This document shows, piece after piece, positions 21,522-31,433 of a DNA stretch of 33,392 nucleotides; the stretch's first letter is position 1; every line of letters begins with the position of its first letter. The notes beneath the pieces are model-generated. The model ran no database searches. It was not told where the DNA came from and was given only the letters and a program-made list of their open reading frames with translations. The position numbers and the translations under genes were made by a program. Location of the stretch: positions 18,978-52,369 of the forward strand of contig BLSG01000206.1 in assembly GCA_012862495.1 (NCBI GenBank). Direction: 5' to 3'. This DNA comes from Thraustochytrium aureum (taxonomy: Eukaryota).

Positions 21522-22376
21522 ATGGAGGCTGCAATTCGGCGCAGAGCGCCCAAAGTGGCTGCGCGGCCGCTCGGCCAAGATGGCGACGCCACGGGGCCCC
21601 GAAAGGTCGCTGAACGCGAGACGGAGCACGAGAAAATACCCCTCGGAGACGGGCACGGCGGCGACGAGGACGAGGACGAGGACCTTGAGGGGTACTTGCA
21701 GAATCTTGGCGACCAGCTCGGTCTAAGCGTGCGAGCGAGCCGCGCTATGGCCAAAGAGTTTCGGGCCAGCAGCTTGAAGCACAAGCTGGACATGCTCGCC
21801 GCGCTTGAGCAAGAGGTTGGCGAAAAATCGGCCGCCACCGCCGATGCGGAAAGAGCCCTGCCTTTGAGGGGCCCGTTCACAACCGTGCAAGACGAAGTTG
21901 CGGACAAACGCGCGCTCGCGATGCAAGAGGCGACTGTACGAGCGCTCGCGAGTCCAGAGCTGCTCGCGGAAAAGGCACAGCCTCAAAGGCAGCGCCCTGG
22001 CCCGGAGGTCGACCTCATCGACATTTCGGGCGTCGAAAGGGACGAGGTCGACCAGGCCTGGGAGGAGCTCCTCGAACAGTCTCTGGAGGCGGATAAGCGG
22101 GTTGCCCTCCGGAGGCAGTATTACGTTCACGAAGACAAGGAGAGGCGGTTTCATATGTACATGGAGTTTGCGAGCTACCTGCGCCCGCTCTCGGAAGCTG
22201 GTAAAAGGTACCAGCAAAGCGTGTTGAGTGACGACGAGAGCGTCGTGCTGGACCCCTTCGCAAAGGGTCGCGGGGCATCCTCGCTGCTGCGTCAAGGCCC
22301 TGCTGTTTTCCAGTCAAGCGGGCTTTTCGTCTTTGCCTTTTCCGTCGCGGTGGCCCTCCGCTTTTTAACAAGCTGA
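21522..22376 (+). CDS. Hypothetical protein with acidic patch and C-terminal transmembrane helix (tail-anchored)
   Basis: 284-aa ATG ORF with natural helical composition, DEDEDED, and a terminal GLFVFAFSVAVALRFLTS. Confidence 0.7.
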   Translation: MEAAIRRRAPKVAARPLGQDGDATGPRKVAERETEHEKIPLGDGHGGDEDEDEDLEGYLQNLGDQLGLSVRASRAMAKEFRASSLKHKLDMLAALEQEVGEKSAATADAERALPLRGPFTTVQDEVADKRALAMQEATVRALASPELLAEKAQPQRQRPGPEVDLIDISGVERDEVDQAWEELLEQSLEADKRVALRRQYYVHEDKERRFHMYMEFASYLRPLSEAGKRYQQSVLSDDESVVLDPFAKGRGASSLLRQGPAVFQSSGLFVFAFSVAVALRFLTS

Positions 22377-22393
22377 AAGAAGGTGAAAAAAGT

Positions 22394-24482
22394 TCACAGT
22401 CGGCGAGACCCACTTCGTTGCAGCCCACTTGACAACCGTCGGATCGAGCTTCCGCTTGCAAAGCGCGGCATTCCCGACTGGTACTTGACGCCCATCGCAA
22501 GCAAGCCGCCCTTGGACGAGTTGATGCGCTCGCTAGCATTGGTGGGACTGGGGAGGAGCTGTGAACCTGGTGCGTGACCAGGGGGCTGCGGGCCGAGGTC
22601 CTCCCGTCGGACCTTGATCGACAATCCTTGGCGGCGATTGCGTGCACCCACGGTAGACTTCTCCAGCCACTTGTTGACCTGGTGAACAAAGTCGTCTTCA
22701 GATATCACGAGCAAACGGGGCACGAACCCCGACGAAAGCGCTAGCTCGGCCCCGGAAGGTCGGCTCTCAGAGCACCCCCTGTCTGCAATACGCTCTGCCG
22801 TGCGAAGGTCGGCTGGGCGCGTGGACGGCTGGAGGTCAATCGAGCCATAGCCCGACTCGCCGAGCTTGCGAATCAACAGATGAAAATCGGCATACCCAAG
22901 CTCCTCGTCGCTGCTCACAGCATGAAAGACACAGAGCAGCGTGTCGAGCTGCGCGCTGTTGTGGATACGCCGGGAAGCTTCGCGTTGCGCTTCCAGAGAG
23001 ACGTGCATGTCAACGAGGACGTGGCAGTTTTCAGGAATAGGCATGTGGCCCGAGCGCTCGACGTGAGTGATCCACGGGTGGGTTTTCACATCGCGGCAAG
23101 ACAAGCGCTTGGCCGGGTCGCGCTGGAGCAACGCGCAGACGAGCTCGCGAGCCTCTGTCGAAAGAAACTCCCACACGGGGGCCTCGAACTTGGCCTTGAA
23201 ATCGACAGCGAGAAGGTCGTCGACAGTGTCGAATGGCATTTCGCCACTCAGGAGGAGGAACAGCATCACTCCTGTGGCCCACAAGTCCACGGACGGTCCG
23301 TACGTCTTGTGCTCAATGATCTCGGGAGCAGCGAAGAGCAACGTGCCGCACGCCGTCTCCATTAGCTTTTCGCGCTCGCCCTCTTTGTCGGTCGCCAAGA
23401 GCTTGAGGGCTTTGCTTTCCTTGATGACTTTGGCCATGCCAAAGTCAGCGATCTTCACGCAGTCTGACCCCTCGTCCATTAAGAGGATGTTTTGCGGCTT
23501 GATATCACGGTGAACGATGCCTTGTTGGTGGAGAAACTCGAGCGAGTCGACGATTTGCAGCACGATGTTGCAGGCCTCCGCCTCGCTCATGGAGCTCTTC
23601 GAGAGGATCCGACGAAACAACTCGCCCCCCGCGGCGAATTCTGTGACGAGTATCACATTTTCCTCCGTCTCAAATACGTCCAAGAGCTGTAAAGACCCCG
23701 ATGGCCCTGGCATTTCATCAGGACTCGGATCTCGCGATTCACAAACTCGTACGGGTCTTTAACATCTTGGCTCTGCACCACGCTCGATTTTTTGCTCGGC
23801 TCCAGCGGGGATTCGATGGAAAGATTGCCAAAGGAGACCACCCGGGCCTTGCGGCTGGCCTCGTCTTGTTCCCCCCCAGTAGCACCATAGGGGCCTTGAG
23901 CGTCGCCGTTGACGAGCAGGTTGCCCTTGTGAATAAACTTGACCGCTACTTCCTCCCCGGTCGATTTCTTGCGGCAGAGCTTTACGATGCCTGAGATCCC
24001 GTGACCGAGAACCTCACCAAGGTCGGTGTAGTGGTCTTCAAACCGNNNNNNNNNNNNNNNNNNNNNNNNNNNNNNNNNNNNNNNNNNNNNNNNNNNNNNN
24101 NNNNNNNNNNNNNNNNNNNNNNNNNNNNNNNNNNNNNNNNNNNNNNNNNNNNNNNNNNNNNNNNNNNNNNNNNNNNNNNNNNNNNNNNNNNNNNNNNNNN
24201 NNNNNNNNNNNNNNNNNNNNNNNNNNNNNNNNNNNNNNNNNNNNNNNNNNNNNNNCACTGTCTCTGCACTTGCTCTGCGTTCGAAGGCCTTGCGCGCCTC
24301 TTTACGGTCATCTCGCGCGCAAGCGTCAAGCGTCGGGTACTAGCTCGCTTGATGACAGCCGCGCTCGTTTGCAGGACTCCGCGCATGTAGCCAGACGCCG
24401 GTTTCCTCGGCGAGTGGGCGAGCACGGCGGGAGCCACGGGCGTCCTGGTGGGCGCGCGCTGTCTCCCAATCCCGGACCCCAT
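22394..24482 (-). CDS. CAMK-group Ser/Thr kinase (CaMKI/CDPK-like) with possible degenerate EF-hand tail
   Basis: LGHGISGIV, VAVK, REI, GGELF, HRDIKPQNILL, DFG, TACGTLLFAAPE and DLWATGV. One shift at about 23697 and a gap at 24046-24255. The start MGSGIGR at 24482 is inferred across the gap. Confidence 0.92.
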
Positions 24483-26260
24483 CCTTGCCCGGGCCCGCTC
24501 GTTGCCCGCCGGGCTCTGGGCAAGACACCAAGCGCGCCACAGGCGCGCGGCGTCTTGGTGCCACTCGAACGAATGCGGACTGTGCTCGCCGCACTGTCGC
24601 CACTCTTCAAGCAGGTTTCTTGTCAAGAACACCAACGCAAATTCACCAGCTGACAGGGAGAAGCGATGGTGGAGTAGATTGCCACCGACGAGCTTCAAGC
24701 TTCGTCTACAGCCTGAGAGACGGAATGGCAGGCCCGGCTGACGCGTTGGACGAAGCGCGCCGCGCCAACCAATAACGCGTTGCATGTCGGAACGGCCTAT
24801 CCGTTGGCAAAACTATCCGTTGCAGCGCTTCTAAGATCTTGTGGTTGGCAAGTGGATCGCAATCGAGAGGCAGCGCGGCGTGCCCGGTTCGGAGCCTGGA
24901 CTCGGGGCAACCTAGCGCCTGATTGCCTTGCGCGCAAGGGATTGGTTGTGCTCTTGTTGTTGTAATTTTAAAATTAAACTCTTCACGGCCCCTGGATGGC
25001 GGCCGTGCCGAGTCGGCGACGCACAACTTCGCGATGTTCGCCTCGGGAAGTAAGCGTCGCTTGGGCCAAAGACGCGCGGCTTGGCTGAGTCGATTTGCCT
25101 CGACGGGACAGTTGCGCGCATGCTCTATTTTCGATGAAGGCTGACATCGCAAGATTTTTTAAATAGAATGATAATTCGTCAGACTTTTGCGCCTGCTCGG
25201 CACTCTGAAGCCATTCGTCTCCATGAATGGTACAGGTCAACAGCAGCGCTGCCTCAGGCACGAGCTCGCCCACGCCGCTCTTCCCCGCAGCCTGACGTGG
25301 CTTGTTTTTGATCACGAGCAGCGTGTCGATCGTTGCACCAAGGCAGCGAACAAAGAGCTGGGAATGAGCGTTGCCAACCGGACTCAGCGCGGCGAATTGG
25401 GATCCTGCCGCAACAGCGCCAACGTCGATCCGGGCCGGCTCGGCTCCCATTCTACTCCCCCAGCGGGCCCTCCTTGCTACAAGAAAGTCGCGGAGTGTCA
25501 ATCTGTGCGGATGATCCACCTGCACGCGCTTTGGCGCGTCAAGCTGGCTCGAAGGCCGTCGTGCGACCTCCAACTCGTCACCCGCGTCAGCAGCCAGGCC
25601 AGTACATGCGAGTGCCGGCCGCTCTAGCTCTAGCTTGGGAGACGCTGAATATCCGTTTGCTGGGCCTGCTCGCGCCATTGTGCCAGAATCGCGTGTTTTG
25701 CGAGCGGCCGCGCGTCGTGCCGTGCTTTTGGCGGACGGGACGCTGTCGGCCAAAAGTGAGAAAGGATCAGGCACTCTACTTCAGGGTCGCCGAGTGGCGT
25801 CTTGCCTACTTAGGAGGGTCTTTCTTGGCAAATCGCATTCTCCGCAGGCAGGCTGATGATGGGACGGTCCGAACCAGCTCAACTTTCCTCAAGCGAGCAT
25901 GGCCGAGCTGTGTGAGTGGTACGCCGGCACGAGCTCGAATTGTACGGCGTTCGGCAGATGGAGATTGGCCCGATGTGACACGAGTACGACAAAAGAGAAA
26001 TCGGGTCAGCGACACTTTGCTCCCTCGCTGCATTCCTATTCTCGCGATCGCACTCGCGCCTTCCACCCAGAAGGTTGAGCGATCAAAATGCACTCTGATG
26101 AGGTCGTGGTCGTGGTTGAGTATCAAACTCGCGCAAAGAGCAGGCAGACACCAATCTCTCGAGCGCATCAGCCAGAGCACCGAAGAAAGAGCAAACAAAC
26201 ACACTTTGCAGCAGTCGAACCTCGTTGTGCGCCGCACGCCGCAAGAACAGAGCAAACAAG

Positions 26261-27532
26261 ATGTCGATGGGAAAGGTTTCCGCCACAGACGAAGCGCACA
26301 TTTTGCGCAGCGCCGGGCTGTTCCTCGGCTCGAACATTGTCATTCTCATTTTCGGCTTTGGCCGCGTTGCGTCCGCCGTCAGTGCCGGCGGGGTCGACTT
26401 GGCAGCCAACGTAACGCAGGTGGTTTTCTCGTCGCTCTCGATCATCGCCATCACGGGACACCTGCTCGGAGAGACGACCAAGATGCCCGCCCGAATTGTG
26501 AAGGCCATCGTGTACCTTTCCATTCCGCTCGGTTGGTTCGTTTTCCTCGTGCACTTTAGCCGCGGGATCCAGCGCATTTCAAACGGCGCCGACTCGCAGC
26601 GTGCTGGTCTCGTTTTTGCGCTCCTTGGTTTTACCGCCAACTGCGGGGCCTCATTTGGGAGCCAATCTCTTTTCGGCCTGCAGCTCGTCCGCACCGCGGA
26701 GGGCCGCGCCTCGGAGCACACCAAGTCTTGGTTCCGAAAGCGCCAACTCTACTACACTTTCCTCTACGCCATTTTCGCTGTTGGCTGCCTTGGCGCGGGC
26801 GTCGCCACGATGAACATGAACGACGGCTTTGCTGGCAACATTGTCGCTCTCAACGCAGCTAAAGGCGCCGACCACACCTATGCGGAGGCCGAGGGCGAGG
26901 GCGAGGCCGAGGGCGAGGCCGAGGGCCAGCCTGAAACGGAGCCCGAAAGCGAGCCTGTTGGTCGACTCCTGGCTTTTGGACGCCAAGGCCAGCTCCGCGG
27001 TATCCAGGAGATGCACGGTCGCCACACCGAGGCCGAGCCCGAAGGTGAGGCTGAGGGCGAGGGCGAGGGCGAACACCAGCATCCAGAGGCCGAGGCCGAA
27101 GGCGAAGCAGAGGGTGAGGCCGAAGGCGGCGCTGCCGCAGCTGTCGGCGCGGCGCGTATTGGCAACTTTTCTCCCTTCGTAGTGAGTGTCCCTGGCGCGA
27201 CGGTGGCTGTCGGCGTGGCCTCCTTGGCCATGACCGTCTGGCACCTGCTCCGGGCGCTCTCGAGCCAGGCCACGTCTCCTGTGTACATGGCCGCTGCAAC
27301 TTTGGTTTGGGCTATGCAGGTTTCCGTGCTTACTCTGGCCTCGCACGGGCTTCTCGGGGCGGCGTTTGGCGCCTCGGCGGTCGGGGCACTCTCGCTTCCC
27401 CTCTCGATCATGCCGGTTTACCTCGACGTGCAGGCCATTGAGGCGAGCAAGATTCGCAGCATGTCGGGATCCTCTTCGGGCTCCATCCCAGTCAGCAAGA
27501 CTGCGGCCGAGGGCTCGATGACCACGCAGTAG
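26261..27532 (+). CDS. Uncharacterised polytopic (~8 TM) membrane protein with a Glu/Gly/Ala/His-rich loop
   Basis: Intact ORF from ATG 26261 with about 5 hydrophobic segments, then an EAEG-repeat loop, then about 3 hydrophobic segments. Confidence 0.8.
   Translation: MSMGKVSATDEAHILRSAGLFLGSNIVILIFGFGRVASAVSAGGVDLAANVTQVVFSSLSIIAITGHLLGETTKMPARIVKAIVYLSIPLGWFVFLVHFSRGIQRISNGADSQRAGLVFALLGFTANCGASFGSQSLFGLQLVRTAEGRASEHTKSWFRKRQLYYTFLYAIFAVGCLGAGVATMNMNDGFAGNIVALNAAKGADHTYAEAEGEGEAEGEAEGQPETEPESEPVGRLLAFGRQGQLRGIQEMHGRHTEAEPEGEAEGEGEGEHQHPEAEAEGEAEGEAEGGAAAAVGAARIGNFSPFVVSVPGATVAVGVASLAMTVWHLLRALSSQATSPVYMAAATLVWAMQVSVLTLASHGLLGAAFGASAVGALSLPLSIMPVYLDVQAIEASKIRSMSGSSSGSIPVSKTAAEGSMTTQ
26882..27127 (+). 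repeat. Coding (EAEG/EGEG/EPE)n repeat in three blocks
   Basis: gaggccgagggc-type units encode AEAEGEGEAEGEAEGQPETEPESEP, HTEAEPEGEAEGEGEGEHQHP and EAEAEGEAEGEAEG. Confidence 0.85.
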
Positions 27533-27946
27533 GTGGTCGGCCAGTGCACCGCTTTCTCGCGCGCGAACACCGTTCAAACAGACCAACGCTGCATACTGGA
27601 TACTCTACCCTACCGAGTACTCTACTGTGAAAAGAAGAGCAACAAAACCAGCCGCTGCGCCCCCGGCCCTTGCCTCGTCCTGCTCCGGCTCGGCCGTGTT
27701 GGGGTCCTGCCGCCGAGTGGTCGTGGGCTCACTTGAAGCTTGCTCGTTGGCCAAAGAAAATGAACGAATGCCCATGCCCGCAGTCCCCCGTTCGTGTCCC
27801 GAGCGCAGCGCTGGCGCGCCGGCGTTGCCGCGCTCGCGCCGCCAGCTCCGTGGGCGAGCGGGCGACGTGCGCGCTGCACTTGCGGCCGCGCTGAAAGGGG
27901 GATCGGGCCAGCGCGGCGGGGTCCTGGCACAACTGGGGAAGCCGAG

Positions 27947-29644
27947 ATGGCCGCTGACTTGCTTGACGCGTACATTGAAAGCTTTGAGGCTGGCGAGGCC
28001 GGCGCAGGCGGCAAGGCGGAGGACGCCCACGACGAGCTGCAGGCCTACCTAGTTGCGAGCGAGGCGTCAGGCAGAGGCGGCGGCAGGGCCGTTGCTGGGC
28101 CGCTGGCTGGAACGCGGCACAAGCCGCTCGCCCTGCGGCCAAACGGGCGGCTTTTAGCGGCGCCAAGCAGGATTCCTAAACCGCGGGTGGCGCCAGCTAG
28201 CGGCACGCAGTCACCACCATCGCCGCCGCCGCCGCCGCCGCCACTGCCCTCGCCGCCGACGGCAGCCCAATCAGACCGCACTCGCCGACTCTGGGCTATT
28301 CGACCAGTGACTCCACAAGTAGCAACCCCTCAGCACTCCCGAACTCCCCGAGGCTGGGCGGATTGGCCAGAGGTGCCGCAAGTAGCAAGCAGCGAGCGGA
28401 CCCCGACGCGGACTCGGCCCTGTCGCTCCCATCCTCGCTGACGTTCTCTGCATCGTCGGGGGAAGAGAGCGACGCCAGTTCCAGCGAAAACATCATCGAA
28501 GAGAGAGCAGCTAGCCAACCCGCGACGGCCTCGAGCGGCGGCCCGCTCGAGCCGAGCGCGTGGCGCCCCGCGGAGAGCGCCGACTCGGTCGCCTCGCTGC
28601 TGGACGACTTTCGTCGTGGCCTCGCGCTGCCGGCTGTTCAGCGTCGTGCGCCAAGCACTGTGCTGCGTAAACTCAGCAAAGCGGAGTGGGCGAAGCGAGC
28701 CCTTGAGCGGCGCGCTGGCTCATCGCCGCAGTCGCCGCCCCTCGCGTCGCCCCTCTCTGCTAGAAGCCTGCTGTATCCGTTCCCCTTAGCCCGGACGACG
28801 TCATCCGAAGTGCCGCCGTCGACGCGGACGACTCCAGCGAGTCAACGAGCTCGCCCAGAGGAGCTCGCACGCGAGCTGGCGGCAACGTGCCGCGGCCTGA
28901 GAGTGCTGTCGCGCACGACGATGTGGCATCCCTCAACTCGTCTAGTGGGTCGTCCGGGTCTCAGGTTGTGCTCCAAACCCCGCGATGGGAAATGCAAGTG
29001 GCAGGCAATTTGGTGCTCTTCGTGGATCGTCGCTCAGGGGAAACTCTGGATTCGGTTCCCGACGTGGGGCTCACGGGCGCTCAACGCGCTGCCTTTGCCG
29101 CTGCAGAGGCCTTCCTGTCGAGCGCGACAAGGGCGCCGCTGAAAGCCCGCAAGACGGCGAATCCTTCCTTGACGACACCTTGTCCCGCTGCCTCGAGCAT
29201 CTGGACACTTTGCAGAGCATTGTTGCCCGCGGCCGATCGCCAACCGCGGAACCCTGGGCCGCCGCCTTCTCCACCCGCCCCGAAGTCGTCCAGCTTTGTT
29301 CTGCATGCTGGCCTCCCCGAGAATCTGTGGGACGACGGCGCGACACTCTCCCCGAGCTCTCAGCCGTCCCCGGTCGGCCAAGACATCATTGCACGACGTG
29401 CGCCGCCGAGGGTCTCAGCCGAGTGGAATGACGCGATACGTCCCCACGTTTGATGGCCCCAAAGTTCTCCAGCGAGCGAGCACGCAGCAACCAGTTCGTG
29501 CATGCGGATTGCATGTCTTGGGCCGCCGCCGCCGCAGAGGCAGGAAACAAGGCGACGGTTTTGGCAATATCCGCCAAGCCAAGCTTGGCAGGCCCCCTAA
29601 CTCTTGGTCGATCAACTCGCGGCCGCCGCTGGAAACGGTGCTAG
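27947..29644 (+). CDS. Hypothetical Pro/Ser-rich, largely disordered protein (several frameshifts; 3' end uncertain)
   Basis: ATG 27947 gives MAADLLDAYIESF and a poly-Pro tract. Later frames carry SVASLLDDFRRGLALP and ESFLDDTLSRCLEHLDTLQSIV. Confidence 0.45.
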
Positions 29645-29987
29645 GTCTGACCTTCCTGCACGACGAATGTCCTGTGCGAGGATCTCGTGAGGCCGCTGTC
29701 GTCACCAGGGACGATGACGACCTTCGCGGCCCGTGGCCGTCGCCGGATTCCACCGGTTTGGACGCCAGCCAGCAATGCAATGCTCACGCAGCCGATCTCT
29801 GTCCCTCCACTTTTCAAGATCAAGAGAGAGTCGATGATCGGTGATGGATGAAGAGTGCGGGCGGCCCAAGGGCAGAAGGCAGCGGGCAGGAGCGCTGAAC
29901 GGGGCCGACAGAGCGCCTTGAGACGGGACGCGTCCGCACTCGCGTTGATAAGGCGCAGCGCGCGTCTAGTGGACTTGCGGAGGGAGA

Positions 29988-30757
29988 ATGGGCCAGGATG
30001 GCGGCATGTCGAACGCAACGCGCGTCAAGGTCGCCTATGGAGCGCTTGTCGTGTACCAGATGGTGATGGCCGTCTGGGCGGTGGTGGGCTCGCAGGCGCT
30101 GGCACAGCTCGACGATGTGCCGCTCGCGGCCTTCCTGTCGGGGCGACACTTTTTAGCAAGTGTCTGTTTGGGCTTGCTCTGCCTGCGCAAGCACGGTGCC
30201 AAGGCCCTGTTCCCGCAGGACGGCGACCTGCAGAGGATCGTGCTCGCAGGAGTGCTCGCGCAGTACGGGTCGCCCATGTTTTACCTTTACGGTATGCAGT
30301 TCGTGCCTCCCACGATCGGTTCTATCTTTGACGGGCCGCTCATCCCCCTCATGGTGTACGTCATGGCCGTTTGTGTCGGCGTGGAGCTGCTTCCGCGCAC
30401 CGTGATGGGGCGCGTCATGGTCGCGGTCGCCCTGGGCCTTTCAAGCGGTGGCGCTGCGCTTGTGATCGTCGCGTCTTCGAGCGAGCCTGAACCGGCCGAG
30501 ACCCCAGCAGGAAACGCGGCGATGTTTGTTCCCGCCGTGGTGTCGCTTGCGCTCGAGTCGATTTGCCTCTCCGCGAGCCTGATCTTGGCCAAGCCCATGG
30601 CAAAAAAGTACCCGCTGCTCCCCTTTTCCTGCTGGATGGCCATGAGCGGCTTGGCTGCTGTTTTGGTTCAGGTGGCTGTGTACGAAGATGGCGGGTTTGT
30701 CGGGACGGTGAGAATTTTGGCGACAGCGTGCAGCTCGTCGACTCCCTACGCCTCGGC
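29988..30757 (+). CDS. EamA/DMT-family transporter (WAT1-related type); 3' end lost in gap
   Basis: AFLSGRHFLASVCL and RIVLAGVL..MFYLYGMQFVPPTIGSIF..LIPLMVYVMAVCVGVE; a second EamA half begins LILAKPMAKKYP. Confidence 0.85.
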
Positions 30758-31433
30758 NNNNNNNNNNNNNNNNNNNNNNNNNNNNNNNNNNNNNNNNNNN
30801 NNNNNNNNNNNNNNNNNNNNNNNNNNNNNNNNNNNNNNNNNNNNNNNNNNNNNNNNNNNNNNNNNNNNNNNNNNNNNNNNNNNNNNNNNNNNNNNNNNNN
30901 NNNNNNNNNNNNNNNNNNNNNNNNNNNNNNNNNNNNNNNNNNNNNNNNNNNNNNNNNNNNNNNNNNNNNNNNNNNNNNNNNNNNNNNNNNNNNNNNNNNN
31001 NNNNNNNNNNNNNNNNNNNNNNNNNNNNNNNNNNNNNNNNNNNNNNNNNNNNNNNNNNNNNNNNNNNNNNNNNNNNNNNNNNNNNNNNNNNNNNNNNNNN
31101 NNNNNNNNNNNNNNNNNNNNNNNNNNNNNNNNNNNNNNNNNNNNNNNNNNNNNNNNNNNNNNNNNNNNNNNNNNNNNNNNNNNNNNNNNNNNNNNNNNNN
31201 NNNNNNNNNNNNNNNNNNNNNNNNNNNNNNNNNNNNNNNNNNNNNNNNNNNNNNAGAGAGTGCTTGTAAATCGTGCCGACCCAAAGCCACGAAGAGAGCT
31301 CATGCTCGTGCGCTCCCTGTCGATGAGCCGAGCACGCAAAACAAAATCTATCCTGATCCGACAAGATCTTGAAAAAAGGAAAGTGGAAAACAAAACCAGA
31401 AAGGCCAACCGCCAAGAGGGTCGAGCGATACGA

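Noticed and set aside
555..23700. Programmed ribosomal frameshifting or mass pseudogenisation
   Set aside because: The shifts share no slippery or stop motif, all have the same sign, and no unexplained nonsense codons accompany them. Catalytic motifs of the kinase and hydrolase are intact. Sequencing error is more parsimonious.
24983..25774. Codon-aligned antisense ORF pair (- 24983-25774 and + 25223-25627); the + ORF has a faint PAS-like stretch LVFDHEQRVDRCTKAANKELGMS
   Set aside because: I cannot tell which strand, if either, is coding, and the resemblance covers too few residues. It needs RNA-seq or HHpred.
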